Source: a bacterium
GTDB lineage: Bacteria; Spirochaetota; Spirochaetia; Sphaerochaetales; Sphaerochaetaceae
Direction: 5' to 3'
NCBI GenBank assembly: GCA_963609725.1
Contig: CAVDLI010000001.1
Span: 1 to 57,230 of the forward strand
Length of the DNA: 57,230 nucleotides
In this document: positions 15,872 through 26,846 of the stretch, piece after piece
Numbering within the stretch: position 1 is the stretch's first letter
Layout of the letters: each line of letters opens with the position of its first letter
The notes under the pieces: model-generated
What the model was told of the DNA's origin: nothing
The model's input: the letters and a program-made list of their open reading frames with translations, nothing else
Databases searched by the model: none
Made by a program: the position numbers and the translations under genes

Positions 15872-17404
15872 TTATCTTGCGTACTCAACAGCACGCATTT
15901 CACGAATAATCGTTACCTTAATTCTTCCTGGATAACGAAGCTCAGCTTCTATTCTGTTAGCAATACCTTTTGCAATAGTTTTTGAATCTTCGTCAGAAAC
16001 AGAATCAGAATTTACAAGTATTCTTAACTCTCTTCCCGCTTGTATTGCAAAAGCTTTCTCAACACCTTCAAAAGACATTGCTATATCTTCAAGATTTTCA
16101 AGCCTCTTTATGTAATTATCCAAAGACTCTCTTCTTGCACCAGGTCGTGCAGCACTAATAGCATCAGCAATTTGTACAATTATGCTCTCAATACAACTTG
16201 GTTCAACATCACCATGGTGTGAATGTATAGCATTAACAACCCGAGCATCTTCTCCAAGTCTTTTTGCAAGATCTGCACCCATTTCTGCATGGTTGGAATC
16301 ACTTTCTGTAACAATACCTTTACCAATATCGTGAAGAAGTCCCCCTCTTCTAGCAATCTCAACATTTGCTCCAACTTCAGCAGCTATCATGCCAGCAATA
16401 ACAGCAACTTCTCTTGAATGGCTCAGAACGTTTTGTCCATAACTTGTTCTAAAGAACAATCTTCCTAAAGCCCTAATTGTCTCTTGGCTCATATTGTGAA
16501 TGCCCAAGTCAAATACGACTTTCTCGCCTTCTTCAGCACAAATACGATTAACTTCTTTAGTAACTTTAGTAACAACTTCTTCAATCCTAGCCGGATGAAT
16601 ACGACCATCTTGAACAAGTCTTTCCAAAGAGACTCTTGCAATCTCTTTCCTTATTGGGTCAAAACAGGAAATTACAACAGCTTCCGGAGTGTCATCAATT
16701 ATAATATCTGCTCCTGTCAGAGTCTCTAAAGCTCTAATATTTCTGCCTTCACGACCAATAATACGGCCTTTCATCTCATCGCTTGGGAGACTTACAGAAC
16801 TAACTGTGCTTTCAGAACTAACTTCTGTTGCTAAACGTTGAATTGTTGTAACAATTATGTCGCGCGCTGTTTTATCGGCCTTTGCTAATGCGTCTTGCTC
16901 AATCTTATTAATAATAGCTTGACCGTCTTTGACAGCCTCAGATTGCATTTTATCTATAAGGAGGTTTTTGGCCTCTTCACACGACATTCCTGCAACACGT
17001 TCAATCTCAGCTAACCATTTGGCTTCATATTCTGAAACCTGTTTATCTCTGAGCTCTAACTGCTCTTCTTTATCTTGTTGCAAAGACTTGGTCTTTTCCA
17101 GGTCCTCTTGAACCTTCTCCAAGTTCTCTTCCTTTTGGAGTAATCTTCGTTCAAAACGTTGAAGCTCATTTCTTCTGTCACGTGCTTCACGTTCCTGTTG
17201 CATTTGCTCCTTAAGGAGTGTATCTCTGGTCTCAAGCAAGAGTTCCTTGCTTTTCGCTTCAGCTTCCTTGATAGCTTCCTGATTCAGTCTAATAGCTTTT
17301 TGCTCAACTGATGTAAGCTTTACTTTTCCATACAGCCAGCGTGCAAGCCAGCCAATTCCAATACAACCAAGACAAAGAAGGATCCATATGAGTACGTTAT
17401 TCAT
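15872..17404 (-). CDS. rny: Ribonuclease Y
   Basis: The ORF track starts at TTG 17431; ATG 17404 (MNNVLIWILL...) has GGAGG 5 nt upstream. N-terminal TM helix, coiled coil, KH domain (GRIIGREGRNIRALE) and HD domain (GLLHDIGK). Confidence 0.93.
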   Translation of the reverse strand: MNNVLIWILLCLGCIGIGWLARWLYGKVKLTSVEQKAIRLNQEAIKEAEAKSKELLLETRDTLLKEQMQQEREARDRRNELQRFERRLLQKEENLEKVQEDLEKTKSLQQDKEEQLELRDKQVSEYEAKWLAEIERVAGMSCEEAKNLLIDKMQSEAVKDGQAIINKIEQDALAKADKTARDIIVTTIQRLATEVSSESTVSSVSLPSDEMKGRIIGREGRNIRALETLTGADIIIDDTPEAVVISCFDPIRKEIARVSLERLVQDGRIHPARIEEVVTKVTKEVNRICAEEGEKVVFDLGIHNMSQETIRALGRLFFRTSYGQNVLSHSREVAVIAGMIAAEVGANVEIARRGGLLHDIGKGIVTESDSNHAEMGADLAKRLGEDARVVNAIHSHHGDVEPSCIESIIVQIADAISAARPGARRESLDNYIKRLENLEDIAMSFEGVEKAFAIQAGRELRILVNSDSVSDEDSKTIAKGIANRIEAELRYPGRIKVTIIREMRAVEYAR

Positions 17405-17487
17405 ACTATCCTCCTTTGGGAAAACTTTCAAAGTTCCCCTTTAATCAAATAATTGTAAAGTTTGCAAGTTTGAGTGTCAAGGAGATA

Positions 17488-17517
17488 TAAAAAACCGGAG
17501 CTACAAGAACTCCGGCT
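17488..17517 (-). terminator. Intrinsic terminator after rplQ (end of the ribosomal super-operon)
   Basis: Minus strand reads CCGGAG-TTCTTGTAG-CTCCGG followed by TTTTTTAT. Confidence 0.75.
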
Positions 17518-17590
17518 GAACTTCCATTAAATAAGATGTCTGAAAGTTTTGTTTTGGGTTTTTATCAAAACCTCTCAGGAATAGCAATAA

Positions 17591-17995
17591 TTAAGCCTTT
17601 TCCTCTTTTTTTGCCTTAGCTTTCTTCTCAGGCTTCTCTGTTTTCTTTGTAAGCTCAAGAATAGCCATGTCGGCAGCATCACCAAGACGATTAGCTGTCT
17701 TGATAACACGTGTGTATCCACCGTGAACGTCGGCATAAAGCGGAGCGATCTCAGTGAACAATTTGTTTACTACTGCTTCATCAAAAATAATAGCAGAAGT
17801 AAGTCTGCGGTTGTGTACATTGTCAACCTTTGCTCTTGTAATCATCTTTTCTGCAAGGCGTTGAACTTCCTTGGCCTTAGCCTTGGTTGTCTCAATTCTT
17901 TCATAGCGGAACAAGCTTGTTACCATGTTGCGCTTGAGAGCTTTGCGCTCTGCATTGGTTCTACTAAGAGCGTTGAATCCAATCTTATGCTTCAT
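17591..17995 (-). CDS. rplQ: 50S ribosomal protein L17
   Basis: 134 aa, L17-like ([18 protein letters not shown]). Last gene of the alpha operon. AAGGAAG SD. Overlaps the rpoA stop by 11 nt. Confidence 0.93.
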   Translation of the reverse strand: MKHKIGFNALSRTNAERKALKRNMVTSLFRYERIETTKAKAKEVQRLAEKMITRAKVDNVHNRRLTSAIIFDEAVVNKLFTEIAPLYADVHGGYTRVIKTANRLGDAADMAILELTKKTEKPEKKAKAKKEEKA

Positions 17996-19037
17996 TGTTA
18001 TCTTCCTTGTTGCCTGGGACTCTAATTGAGTTCTTCAGGACACTGTAATCTGTCATTCCAAGTCCAAGGTTCCATTCCTTGAGCTTATCTTTGATTTCGG
18101 ATAGCGACTTCTTGCCAAAATTCCTTGTCTTTGCAATCTCATCCTCAGTCATTCTTGTCAAATCGCCAATGGTTCGGATGTTTGCATTCTTAAGACAGTT
18201 GCTTGAACGAACAGTAAGCTCAAGTTCTTCAACTGAAGTGGAAAGAATCTTGCGAACTTTTTCCTCTGCTTCATCAACTTCCTCTGTTCCGCCAACCATG
18301 CTTTCATCAAAATTGATGAAAATTGAGAAATGATCTTTGGCAATCTTTGCTGCTTCAGCTAATGCATTCTCCGGAGAAATTGTACCATCAGTCCAAATCT
18401 CAAGATTGAGCTTGTCATAGTCGTTTCTCTGTCCTACACGAGTAGGCTCAATAGAATACTTAACACGAGTGACAGGAGAGAAAATTGCGTCAATTGGAAT
18501 TGTACCAATAATCTCAACATAGTTCTGGCTCTGTTCTGCTGGAACGTAACCTCTGTCAAAATCAATTTGAACGACCATTTCAATATTTGCATCATCCATC
18601 ATGTCAAAAATTTCAAGATCTTTGTTAATGACTTCGACACGGTCTTTCTCAAAATCAGCGCCAGTAATAGTACCAGGTCCTTTGCATTCAAGAGAAATAG
18701 TTGTTGTTTCTACTTCCTCTGGCATTCTTAGTCTAAGTTTCTTGAGTCTTGCAATAATCTCACAAATGTCTTGTTTGACACCTGGAAGAGCCTCAAACTC
18801 ACTAGAAATAAGATGAGAACCGCCATCTGCATCGTAATAGGTAAACCATACTGCTGTAATTGCATAGCCTTGAATCGAAGACAAAAGAACTCTACGCAAG
18901 GTATTTCCAATTGTTGTTCCAAAGCCTCTTTCAAAAGGATAAGCTGTGAACTTACCATAATTAGCTTCTACTTTGCTATGTTCCATTGAAACCGATTTGG
19001 GTTTCTTAAAACCCTTCATTAGGTTTTTGCGTGCCAT
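17985..19037 (-). CDS. rpoA: DNA-directed RNA polymerase subunit alpha
   Basis: ORF trimmed to ATG 19037 ([10 protein letters not shown]...), which has an AAGGAG SD. N-terminal dimerisation domain and a C-terminal domain ([22 protein letters not shown]). Confidence 0.95.
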   Translation of the reverse strand: MARKNLMKGFKKPKSVSMEHSKVEANYGKFTAYPFERGFGTTIGNTLRRVLLSSIQGYAITAVWFTYYDADGGSHLISSEFEALPGVKQDICEIIARLKKLRLRMPEEVETTTISLECKGPGTITGADFEKDRVEVINKDLEIFDMMDDANIEMVVQIDFDRGYVPAEQSQNYVEIIGTIPIDAIFSPVTRVKYSIEPTRVGQRNDYDKLNLEIWTDGTISPENALAEAAKIAKDHFSIFINFDESMVGGTEEVDEAEEKVRKILSTSVEELELTVRSSNCLKNANIRTIGDLTRMTEDEIAKTRNFGKKSLSEIKDKLKEWNLGLGMTDYSVLKNSIRVPGNKEDNNEA

Positions 19038-19107
19038 TGACACTCCTTTACTATACCAGAGCCTTACCATACAAATGATATAGCTCTGGAGAACTGAAAC
19101 TCAAAGC

Positions 19108-19749
19108 TTATCTGGAATAAAGTTCAACGACCAACTGCTCGTTGACTCCCTCAAGCTCCTTGACCTCTTCTCTTCTTGGGATTGCCACGAACTGCCCTTT
19201 CATGTTGTCTGCATCAACTGTAAGCCATGGGCAAACACCGCTCTTGCTGACTTCAATCAAGCTTTCCTTAATGGAAACCATGTTCTTGCTGTTTGGAGCA
19301 ATCTCAACGACATCACCTGGCTTAAGTCTATAAGAAGGGATATCAACACGCTTTCCGTTAACAAATACGTGACCATGTCCAACAAGCTGTGAAGCCTGTG
19401 GGCGACTGCATGCAAAATGCATTCTAAAAACAACGTTATCAAGACGTCTTTCAAGGAGAGCTACAAGGTTTTCACCTGTCTTTCCAGGAAGTCTGCTTGC
19501 TTCGTTGAATGTAAGCTTGAATTGTTTCTCAAGCATGCAGTAAATTCTCTTGAGCTTCTGTTTTGCACGAAGCATCAATGCGTAGTCGGTAGGCTTCTTT
19601 GAGCGAGCCTTTGGATCCCTGCCAGGAAGTCCGCATTCAGCCGGATTATTCATAGGGCATTTTGCGGAAAGGCATCTTGAACCCTTAAGAAAGAGCTTAG
19701 CTCTCTCTGCTCTGCAGTATCTGCACTTTGGTCCTGTATATCTAGCCAT
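19108..19749 (-). CDS. rpsD: 30S ribosomal protein S4
   Basis: 213 aa, MARYTGPKCRYCRAE..., with an S4 RNA-binding domain. GGGAG SD. Confidence 0.95.
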   Translation of the reverse strand: MARYTGPKCRYCRAERAKLFLKGSRCLSAKCPMNNPAECGLPGRDPKARSKKPTDYALMLRAKQKLKRIYCMLEKQFKLTFNEASRLPGKTGENLVALLERRLDNVVFRMHFACSRPQASQLVGHGHVFVNGKRVDIPSYRLKPGDVVEIAPNSKNMVSIKESLIEVSKSGVCPWLTVDADNMKGQFVAIPRREEVKELEGVNEQLVVELYSR

Positions 19750-19766
19750 TTTCTAATCTCCCTTCG

Positions 19767-20150
19767 TCAGATTCTTCTCGTCTTTCTAGGTCTGCATCCG
19801 TTGTGTGGAATTGGTGTCACATCACGAATTGAGCGGACCTTAAGTCCAAGTGTTCCAAGGCAACGAATAGCTGATTCACGACCCTGGCCTGGACCTTTAA
19901 CAAATACGTTTACCTCACGAAGACCATAGTCCATAGCCTTCTTAGCAGCAGTCTCACATGTTGTCTGTGCAGCATAAGGAGTGGACTTCTTGGCTCCGCG
20001 GAATCCAAGACCACCGGCACTAGACCAAGACACTGCGTTTCCGTTGAGGTCTGTAATCGTAACAATGGTATTGTTGAAAGTAGCCTGAATATAGACATTG
20101 CCTTCAAATACAGTCTTCTTGACCTTAACTTTGCGTTTTGCGTTTGCCAT
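19767..20150 (-). CDS. rpsK: 30S ribosomal protein S11
   Basis: 127 aa with ...[16 protein letters not shown] at the C-terminus. AAGGAG SD. Confidence 0.96.
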   Translation of the reverse strand: MANAKRKVKVKKTVFEGNVYIQATFNNTIVTITDLNGNAVSWSSAGGLGFRGAKKSTPYAAQTTCETAAKKAMDYGLREVNVFVKGPGQGRESAIRCLGTLGLKVRSIRDVTPIPHNGCRPRKTRRI

Positions 20151-20160
20151 ATTCTACTCC

Positions 20161-20526
20161 TTACTTCTTCTTACCAGCAATTGTCTTCTTCTTGCCCTTA
20201 CGAGTACGAGCGTTTGTCTTCGTTCTCTGTCCACGGACAGGAAGTCCCTTTCTATGTCTAAGACCACGGTAGCATCCAATGTCCATCAATCTCTTGATGT
20301 TAAGGTTGACTTGAGTGCGGAGTCTTCCTTCAACGACATAGTCGTTTTCAATTACCTTACGAAGTTCAGCAAGCACATCTGCACTAAGAGTGTTAATGCG
20401 TGCATCTGGATCGACACCAGTTTTCTTGCAAATCTCTTCTGCTGAAGTTCTTCCTATTCCGTAGATGTATGTCAAAGCAATTTTTGTAGCCTTGTTAGGT
20501 AAATCTACACCTGCAATTCTTGCCAT
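20161..20526 (-). CDS. rpsM: 30S ribosomal protein S13
   Basis: The ORF track starts at TTG 20529; ATG 20526 ([10 protein letters not shown]) has GGGAGG 6 nt upstream. Confidence 0.96.
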   Translation of the reverse strand: MARIAGVDLPNKATKIALTYIYGIGRTSAEEICKKTGVDPDARINTLSADVLAELRKVIENDYVVEGRLRTQVNLNIKRLMDIGCYRGLRHRKGLPVRGQRTKTNARTRKGKKKTIAGKKK

Positions 20527-20541
20527 CAAAGGCCTCCCTAA

Positions 20542-20655
20542 TTATTTCTGTCTCTGTTTATGTTTCGGGTTCTCGCAGACAATGCGAACAACTCCGTTTC
20601 TTCTAATAACCTTGCATTTATCACACATAGGTTTAACACTTGCTCTAACTTTCAT
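20542..20655 (-). CDS. rpmJ: 50S ribosomal protein L36
   Basis: Not in the ORF track because it is under 60 aa. Hand translation gives [37 protein letters not shown] (37 aa). AGGAG SD. Lies between secY and rpsM. Confidence 0.93.
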   Translation of the reverse strand: MKVRASVKPMCDKCKVIRRNGVVRIVCENPKHKQRQK

Positions 20656-20674
20656 GATCTGCTCCTTGCGAAAA

Positions 20675-22006
20675 TTATAAATTCTTGGATTTGATCTTCT
20701 TCACGCCCAGAAAACCCTCGTGATGGTGCATCTTCATGATACTCTCGATTTGTTTCATAAAATCAAGCTCAACACCAACAAGGATGATGAGTGAAGTTCC
20801 TCCAAACAGCATTGCAACTGACTGTGGGAACTTGAAGATGATTTGAACGAGAGTAGGAATCAATGCAATAAAAGCAAGGAAGAGTGAGCCTGGAAGAACA
20901 ATACGATTGAGAACCTTTGTGAGATACTCTTCAAGTTTCTCACTACGAACTCCCGGAACGCTTCCGCCGTTCTCTCTAATTTGCTTTGCCATCTCAACAG
21001 GATTGAGTGAAACCTGTGTGTAGAAGAATGCAAAGGCAATGATCAAGATGGTGTAGATAATTAGATAAGGGGCACCCTGAGGATCAAGCCAATTTGCAAC
21101 TGATTGCAACCATCTAACATTTGGACCCAACGCACTAGCAATCTGCAGAGGGAATGTCAGGATAGCAGATGCAAAAATTACAGGAATAACTCCACTAGGG
21201 TTGATTTTGAAAGGAATATAAGAACTTTGAGCTCCGTACATCTTTCTTCCAACAACTCTCTTAGCGTAGTTAACAGGAATTCTTCTTTCTCCTTCCTGCT
21301 CGCAGACAACGAGGGCCACAACGATAATAAACATAACAAGAACAATTACAACAAGTATTGGATTGATTGTACCAGCAATAATTCCCTGAATTAAAACATT
21401 AAGTGCAGAAGGAACTCTTGCAACAATACCTGCAAAAATCAGCAATGAAATACCGTTTCCCACACCGTATTGAGTTATTTTCTCACCAAGCCAAACAAGT
21501 GTCATTGTTCCAGCTGTTACTGTAAGCATTGAAATAAGTGTGAAAGGAAGCATGTCAATTGTGATAACACCTGGCAAGTAGCTTTGAATACTTCTTGCAT
21601 AAACTGTAACCACAAAAGACTGCAACAAACACACAACTATAGTACCATATCTGTTAAGCTTTTGAATCTTTCTTCTTCCATTGGCATCTTCGCTCCACTT
21701 TTTGAGAGTTGGGATAATCAACATCAAAAGTTGAACGATGATTTGCATGGAGATGTAAGGCATAACACCAAGCGTAAACAACGAGAAGTTCGAGAAAGCT
21801 CCACCAGAGAAGAAGTTCAAGTACTCCACAAGCCCAAGATTTCCACTTGTTGACTGGCTTAGGAAGTACTGTTCAAGAAGGGTTGGATTTATGCCTGGAA
21901 CAGGAATAACAGTTCCAATTCTCGTAATAACAAGAATAAGAAGCGTAAACAAAACCTTCTTTCTGAGATCTTCCATCTTGAACATATCGGAAATGGTGTT
22001 TGACAT
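20675..22006 (-). CDS. secY: Preprotein translocase subunit SecY
   Basis: About 443 aa, polytopic. The track start at 22009 is GTG; ATG 22006 has an AAGGAAGG SD 5 nt upstream. Lies between rplO and rpmJ. Confidence 0.95.
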   Translation of the reverse strand: MSNTISDMFKMEDLRKKVLFTLLILVITRIGTVIPVPGINPTLLEQYFLSQSTSGNLGLVEYLNFFSGGAFSNFSLFTLGVMPYISMQIIVQLLMLIIPTLKKWSEDANGRRKIQKLNRYGTIVVCLLQSFVVTVYARSIQSYLPGVITIDMLPFTLISMLTVTAGTMTLVWLGEKITQYGVGNGISLLIFAGIVARVPSALNVLIQGIIAGTINPILVVIVLVMFIIVVALVVCEQEGERRIPVNYAKRVVGRKMYGAQSSYIPFKINPSGVIPVIFASAILTFPLQIASALGPNVRWLQSVANWLDPQGAPYLIIYTILIIAFAFFYTQVSLNPVEMAKQIRENGGSVPGVRSEKLEEYLTKVLNRIVLPGSLFLAFIALIPTLVQIIFKFPQSVAMLFGGTSLIILVGVELDFMKQIESIMKMHHHEGFLGVKKIKSKNL

Positions 22007-22018
22007 CACTACCTTCCT

Positions 22019-22447
22019 TTATTTAATCTCGCCACCAGCGGCCTTGATTTTCTCTGCAGCAGTTGCGGATACTTTCAATCCTTCAACAACAATCTTCTTT
22101 GTAATTTCTCCATTGCTGAGAATCTTAGCATCTTCGTTACCCTTAACAATTCTAAGATCCTGCAAAGCTAGAAGATTGACAGTCTCTCCATCGTTGAAAG
22201 AATCATTAATGACATCCAAAGATACAGCAACATATTCTTTCTTGAAAGGATAGTTTGAAAATCCTCTTCTTGCCACACGGCGGTAAAGAGGCATTTGTCC
22301 ACCTTCAAATCCAGGACGAACACCACCACCAGAACGGGAATTCTGACCATTGAATCCTCTTCCACAGGTTCTACCTTTGGAGGATGCGCCACGGCCAACT
22401 ATGGTCTTTTTCTTATTGGCACCTTCAGGTGCATGAATCTGTCCCAT
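22019..22447 (-). CDS. rplO: 50S ribosomal protein L15
   Basis: 142 aa with a Gly/Arg-rich N-terminal half (GRGFNGQNSRSGGGVRPGFEGGQMPLYRR). Confidence 0.94.
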   Translation of the reverse strand: MGQIHAPEGANKKKTIVGRGASSKGRTCGRGFNGQNSRSGGGVRPGFEGGQMPLYRRVARRGFSNYPFKKEYVAVSLDVINDSFNDGETVNLLALQDLRIVKGNEDAKILSNGEITKKIVVEGLKVSATAAEKIKAAGGEIK

Positions 22448-22448
22448 A

Positions 22449-22631
22449 TTATATTTCCTCCACCTTTACTAGATGCTCAACGACGCGAACCATACCCATG
22501 GTTGCTGGATTTGCTTCTTTTACAACACTACTATTAATCTTTCCAAGACCAAGAGCCTTAACTGTGGCTCTCTGCTTTGGGAGACATCCAGCAAGACCTT
22601 TGACTAATTCAATACGAATCTGCTTTGCCAT
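22449..22631 (-). CDS. rpmD: 50S ribosomal protein L30
   Basis: 60 aa, [29 protein letters not shown]... Confidence 0.92.
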   Translation of the reverse strand: MAKQIRIELVKGLAGCLPKQRATVKALGLGKINSSVVKEANPATMGMVRVVEHLVKVEEI

Positions 22632-22634
22632 ATA

Positions 22635-23153
22635 TTACCCCCAAACTTCCTTGAGGCTCTTGCCTCTGTCTGCAGCAAGCTTTTTGGCTGAGAACAAATT
22701 CGAAAGTCCATCAAATGTGGCCTTAACTGTATTAATAGTATTCTTTGAACCAAGGGACTTACTAAGAAGGTCCTTAATTCCACAAGCATCACATACAGCA
22801 CGGACAGCACCGCCAGCAATAATTCCAGTACCAGCAGAAGCTGGTTTAAGAAGAACACTTGCGCTCTTGAATTCGCCAAGAACTTCATGTGGGATTGTAG
22901 AATTTTTAAGATTTACTACAATCAAGCTCTTCTTTGCATTCTCAGTGGCCTTGCGAATAGCATCAGATACGTCATTGGCTTTTCCCATTCCGTAACCAAC
23001 TCTGCCTTTCTGGTCTCCAACGACCACAAGAGCTGAGAAGGATCTGCGGCGTCCGCCCTTAACGGTCTTTGATACTGCATTGAGTTTGATCAGCTTCTCA
23101 AGGAATTCCTTGGGCTGGTTTTCTCTCTCTCTCTTATCTCTATTTCTTTCCAT
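22635..23153 (-). CDS. rpsE: 30S ribosomal protein S5
   Basis: The track start at 23162 is GTG; ATG 23153 (MERNRDK...) has an AGGTGG SD 5 nt upstream. S5 dsRBD core (VSKTVKGGRRRSFSALVVVGD). Confidence 0.94.
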   Translation of the reverse strand: MERNRDKRERENQPKEFLEKLIKLNAVSKTVKGGRRRSFSALVVVGDQKGRVGYGMGKANDVSDAIRKATENAKKSLIVVNLKNSTIPHEVLGEFKSASVLLKPASAGTGIIAGGAVRAVCDACGIKDLLSKSLGSKNTINTVKATFDGLSNLFSAKKLAADRGKSLKEVWG

Positions 23154-23163
23154 ACTAACCACC

Positions 23164-23523
23164 TTAGAACTTCACACCGGCTTTTCTGGCGCCATCAGCG
23201 ATAGCCTTGACAATTCCATGGTAAAGATAACCGTTTCTGTCAAAAACAACAGTCTCAATACCCTTGTCAAGACATCTCTTTCCAAGGATTTCTCCAAATT
23301 TTCCAGCATCCTCAACAGTATTTCTAAGTCCTGCAAGTTCTTTCTCAACAGTTCCAGCACTAACCAAAGTTGTGCCTGTTGTATCGTCAATAACTTGAGC
23401 ATACATATGAAGGTTGCTTCTAAATACAGACATTCTTGGTCTCAAAGCTGTTCCGGAAATGGATTTTCTGATATGAAGTTTCCTTCTTGCGTGTTTTCTT
23501 TTCTTATCAATAATTCTATTCAT
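23164..23523 (-). CDS. rplR: 50S ribosomal protein L18
   Basis: 119 aa with ...[24 protein letters not shown] at the C-terminus. Confidence 0.95.
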   Translation of the reverse strand: MNRIIDKKRKHARRKLHIRKSISGTALRPRMSVFRSNLHMYAQVIDDTTGTTLVSAGTVEKELAGLRNTVEDAGKFGEILGKRCLDKGIETVVFDRNGYLYHGIVKAIADGARKAGVKF

Positions 23524-23537
23524 ATCTTCAACCCGCC

Positions 23538-24077
23538 TTATTTCTTACCAGACTTGCCGCTCTTAGAACGTACATGTTCAGTATCGTACTTAACACCCTT
23601 GCCTTTGTATGGCTCAGGCTTTCTAAGACTACGAATTTCAGCTGCAGTCTGTCCTACAAGCTGCTTATCAATTCCAGAAATATTGATTTTGTTTGGAGTC
23701 TCAAGAGCAATCTTGACGCCCTCGGGAATGACATACTCAATATCATTGGAATATCCAAGAGAGAGAACAAGGTTCTTCTGCTGAAGTTCTGCCTTGTATC
23801 CAACACCTACGATAACCAAATTCTTCTGGTATCCTTCTGAAACACCAACAACCATGTTGTGAATCAACTGTCTTGTGAGACCATGAGCAGCTTTTGTATT
23901 CTTCTCTTCGTTCTCTCTTGTAACGACAATTTGATTTTCGCCAATTTCTACATGAATTGCTGGCATAATTGTCTGAGACAGCTTTCCCTTTGGACCTTCA
24001 ACGGTAATAACTCCGTCTTTGATGGAAGCCTTGACCGTCTTAGGCACATCAATTGGTAATCTACCTATACGAGACAT
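23538..24077 (-). CDS. rplF: 50S ribosomal protein L6
   Basis: 179 aa, [16 protein letters not shown]... AGGTGG SD. Confidence 0.95.
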   Translation of the reverse strand: MSRIGRLPIDVPKTVKASIKDGVITVEGPKGKLSQTIMPAIHVEIGENQIVVTRENEEKNTKAAHGLTRQLIHNMVVGVSEGYQKNLVIVGVGYKAELQQKNLVLSLGYSNDIEYVIPEGVKIALETPNKINISGIDKQLVGQTAAEIRSLRKPEPYKGKGVKYDTEHVRSKSGKSGKK

Positions 24078-24090
24078 AGTTAACCACCTT

Positions 24091-24489
24091 TTACCAAATT
24101 GAGCAGATCAGTTCACCACCGACCAACTGCTCAGATGCCTTCTTGCCGGTAATAACACCGCAGGAAGTCGAAACGATAACAATGCCGTAGCCGTTATAAA
24201 CACGTGGCATCTCCCTATATCCAGAATACACACGGCGACCAGGAGTTGAAATTCTCTTGATACCATGGATGACAGGGCTCTGCTCTTCATCATACTTCAG
24301 GAATACACGGAGGTATGTAGCACCGTCCTTGGTGACTTTCTTAAAATTCTTAATATAGCCTTCATTCTTCATGATTTTAATAATCTGAAGCTTAAGCTTT
24401 GAATTAGAAACGTCTACTTTCTCATGCTTAGCCTGGCTAGCATTTCTGACTTTTGTCAGCATATCAGCAACAGGATCACTTACTGCCAT
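24091..24489 (-). CDS. rpsH: 30S ribosomal protein S8
   Basis: 132 aa, [17 protein letters not shown]... Confidence 0.95.
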   Translation of the reverse strand: MAVSDPVADMLTKVRNASQAKHEKVDVSNSKLKLQIIKIMKNEGYIKNFKKVTKDGATYLRVFLKYDEEQSPVIHGIKRISTPGRRVYSGYREMPRVYNGYGIVIVSTSCGVITGKKASEQLVGGELICSIW

Positions 24490-24499
24490 TTCTGCACTC

Positions 24500-24685
24500 C
24501 TACCAACTGGATTTGGTTACGCCAGGAATCTGGCCTTCGCTGGCAAGTTTTCTGAAGCAATGTCTGCACATGTCAAACTTGCGCATATATCCACGGGGTC
24601 TTCCGCAGATCCTGCAACGGTGAACAGTTCTAGTACTGAACTTTGGCTCTCTCTGCGCCTTTATAATCATTGACTTTTTTGCCAT
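24500..24685 (-). CDS. rpsN: 30S ribosomal protein S14 (short, zinc-binding type Z)
   Basis: 61 aa carrying [20 protein letters not shown] (CxxC...CxxC). Confidence 0.94.
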   Translation of the reverse strand: MAKKSMIIKAQREPKFSTRTVHRCRICGRPRGYMRKFDMCRHCFRKLASEGQIPGVTKSSW

Positions 24686-24697
24686 ATTCTAAACCCC

Positions 24698-25252
24698 TTA
24701 TTTGCTGAAAGGCATGCCAAGCTTCTTAAGCAAGGCAAAACCCTCTTCATCGGTCTTGGCTGTAGTTACGATTGCAACATTCAAGCCACTAACACGAACG
24801 ATTTTGTCATAATCAATCTCTGGGAAGATGATTTGCTCAGTAATACCAAGGGCGTAGTTTCCATGACCATCGAATGCATTTGGCTTAACTCCCTTGAAGT
24901 CCTTAACACGAGGAAGAGCAATGCAAATGAGTCTCTCAAGGAAGAACCACATATTGTCTCCTCTAAGAGTTACCATTGCACCAATCTCCATTCCTTCACG
25001 AAGTTTGAAGTTAGCAATCGACTTTCTTGCCTTTGTCTTTACAACATGCTGACCAGTAATTTGCTCCAACTCTTTTACTGTTGCTTCCAAGTACTTTTTG
25101 TCTTGAATTGCATCACCTACACCGGCGCTAACAACAATTTTCTCAAGAGCAGGAATCTGCATCTTTGAGGTGTACTGAAAATCCTTGTAAAGCTCAGGAG
25201 CCACTTCCTCAAGATATTTTCTCTTTAAGTTTGGTATGAACTTTTCTTCCAT
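24698..25252 (-). CDS. rplE: 50S ribosomal protein L5
   Basis: 184 aa. Its ATG overlaps the rplX stop (ATGA). Confidence 0.95.
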   Translation of the reverse strand: MEEKFIPNLKRKYLEEVAPELYKDFQYTSKMQIPALEKIVVSAGVGDAIQDKKYLEATVKELEQITGQHVVKTKARKSIANFKLREGMEIGAMVTLRGDNMWFFLERLICIALPRVKDFKGVKPNAFDGHGNYALGITEQIIFPEIDYDKIVRVSGLNVAIVTTAKTDEEGFALLKKLGMPFSK

Positions 25253-25560
25253 CAGACTACCTCTCCGGTCTTCTTAGCATAGCGGACTTTCTTTCCGCTG
25301 GCATCAATCTTGTAACCAACCTTGCTAGTCTCTCCACTCTTATTAATAACAAGTGCAACATTAGAGACGTGGATAGGAGCTTCAATCTTAACGATTCCTC
25401 CCTGATCCTGTTGATTCCTCTTCTTCATGGCTTTTGAAACCATGTTGGCGCCCTGAACATAGACTCTCTCTTTTTCAGGGTCAACCTTAATGATTTTGCC
25501 GGTGACACCTTTGTCTTTTCCAGCAAGAATCTTGACTGTGTCGTTTTTCTTCAGTCTCAT
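25252..25560 (-). CDS. rplX: 50S ribosomal protein L24
   Basis: ORF 25252..25599 trimmed to ATG 25560 ([18 protein letters not shown]), which has a GGAGAG SD. KOW motif present. Confidence 0.94.
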   Translation of the reverse strand: MRLKKNDTVKILAGKDKGVTGKIIKVDPEKERVYVQGANMVSKAMKKRNQQDQGGIVKIEAPIHVSNVALVINKSGETSKVGYKIDASGKKVRYAKKTGEVV

Positions 25561-25570
25561 AACGGCTCTC

Positions 25571-25936
25571 CTACAACACTTCCGGCGCAAGAGAAACAAT
25601 CTTCATGTACCCATCTCTCAATTCACGAGCAACAGGCCCAAAGATACGCTTTCCGCGTGGGTTATTGTTGGCATCGATGACAACACAAGCATTGTCATCG
25701 AACCTGATGTATGTACCGTCAGGTCTGCGGTATTCCTTCTTTGTTCTGACAATGACAGCCTTCAAAACGTCACCTTTTTTGATAGCACCGTTTGGAAGAG
25801 CGTCTTTAACAGCAACAACGACTATGTCCCCGACACCAGCCACATATCTATGACTGCCGCCGAGAACCTTAATGACTTGGACAAGTCTGGCTCCGCTGTT
25901 GTCAGCTACGTTCATGTATGATTGCATCTGTACCAT
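25571..25936 (-). CDS. rplN: 50S ribosomal protein L14
   Basis: 121 aa, [17 protein letters not shown]... AGGAG SD. Confidence 0.96.
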   Translation of the reverse strand: MVQMQSYMNVADNSGARLVQVIKVLGGSHRYVAGVGDIVVVAVKDALPNGAIKKGDVLKAVIVRTKKEYRRPDGTYIRFDDNACVVIDANNNPRGKRIFGPVARELRDGYMKIVSLAPEVL

Positions 25937-25947
25937 GACTTATCTCC

Positions 25948-26199
25948 TTATTTGGCTCTCTCAACAATTTGAGTGAGTCTCCAGCACTTATCTTTGCTGA
26001 GGTGGCGACATTCAACGACTTTTACAGTGTCCCCAACGTGGGCTTCGTTTCTTTCGTCATGTGCTTTCAGCTTTTTAGAGCTGGTAACGTACTTTTTATA
26101 CAGCGGGTGTAGTCTTCTGTTGTGGACAGTGACAACTATGGTCTTGTCCATCTTGTCGCTGGTAACCACGCCTACAAAACTCTTTTTATTGGTTTCCAT
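25948..26199 (-). CDS. rpsQ: 30S ribosomal protein S17
   Basis: 83 aa with ...[14 protein letters not shown]... and [13 protein letters not shown]. Confidence 0.95.
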   Translation of the reverse strand: METNKKSFVGVVTSDKMDKTIVVTVHNRRLHPLYKKYVTSSKKLKAHDERNEAHVGDTVKVVECRHLSKDKCWRLTQIVERAK

Positions 26200-26210
26200 A
26201 GTTCACCCTC

Positions 26211-26414
26211 TCACTTTGCCTTACGAATTCCCAAGGCATACTCATGGATAATTGTATTAAGTCTAGCAATCTGTCTTCTGACATTACGTACCTGAAGAGG
26301 ATTATCTACATGACCAATAACCTTTTCCATTCTCATGTTCAAATAACTCTTGCGAAGCTCATCGCGTTTTGCAACAAGTTCGTTGTAGGACAGTTTATCA
26401 AATGAGTTCTTCAT
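26211..26414 (-). CDS. rpmC: 50S ribosomal protein L29
   Basis: 67 aa. Overlaps the rplP stop by 4 nt. Confidence 0.92.
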   Translation of the reverse strand: MKNSFDKLSYNELVAKRDELRKSYLNMRMEKVIGHVDNPLQVRNVRRQIARLNTIIHEYALGIRKAK

Positions 26415-26833
26415 GCTTCTTCAACCTTCCTTTTTGCGACGAATTTCGTCTTAATTGGGAGTTTGGATGCAGCAAGAAGAAGAGCTTCTCTAGCAAGTGT
26501 CTCTTCAACTTCACCCATCTCAAACATGACAGCACCTTGCTTGACGACTGCAACCCAACCCTCTGGGGCACCTTTTCCGTTACCTTGTCTGGTTCCAATT
26601 GGCTTTGATGTGTACGGCATATCAGGATAAATTCTAATCCAAACTTTACCACCACGCTTAATGTGACGTGTCATAGCTACACGGGCAGCCTCAATTTGAC
26701 GGTTGGTAATCCATCTTGGCTCAAGAGCAACAAGACCATAATCACCAAATGCAATGGTATTACCACGATGTGCAACACCGTCTCTTGTCCCTCTCTGCTT
26801 TTTTCTAAACTTTACTCTTTTAGGACTAAGCAT
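26411..26833 (-). CDS. rplP: 50S ribosomal protein L16
   Basis: 140 aa, [15 protein letters not shown]... Confidence 0.96.
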   Translation of the reverse strand: MLSPKRVKFRKKQRGTRDGVAHRGNTIAFGDYGLVALEPRWITNRQIEAARVAMTRHIKRGGKVWIRIYPDMPYTSKPIGTRQGNGKGAPEGWVAVVKQGAVMFEMGEVEETLAREALLLAASKLPIKTKFVAKRKVEEA

Positions 26834-26846
26834 TTCTGATTACTCC

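Noticed and set aside
22384-23784. Plus-strand ORFs of 203 and 234 aa (and similar ones at 1339-1914, 43893-44510, 44441-45010 and 42758-43111)
   Set aside because: All are antisense to strongly supported ribosomal protein or dnaK genes. They are Ser/Leu/Phe-rich and lack SD sequences. They are treated as shadow ORFs.
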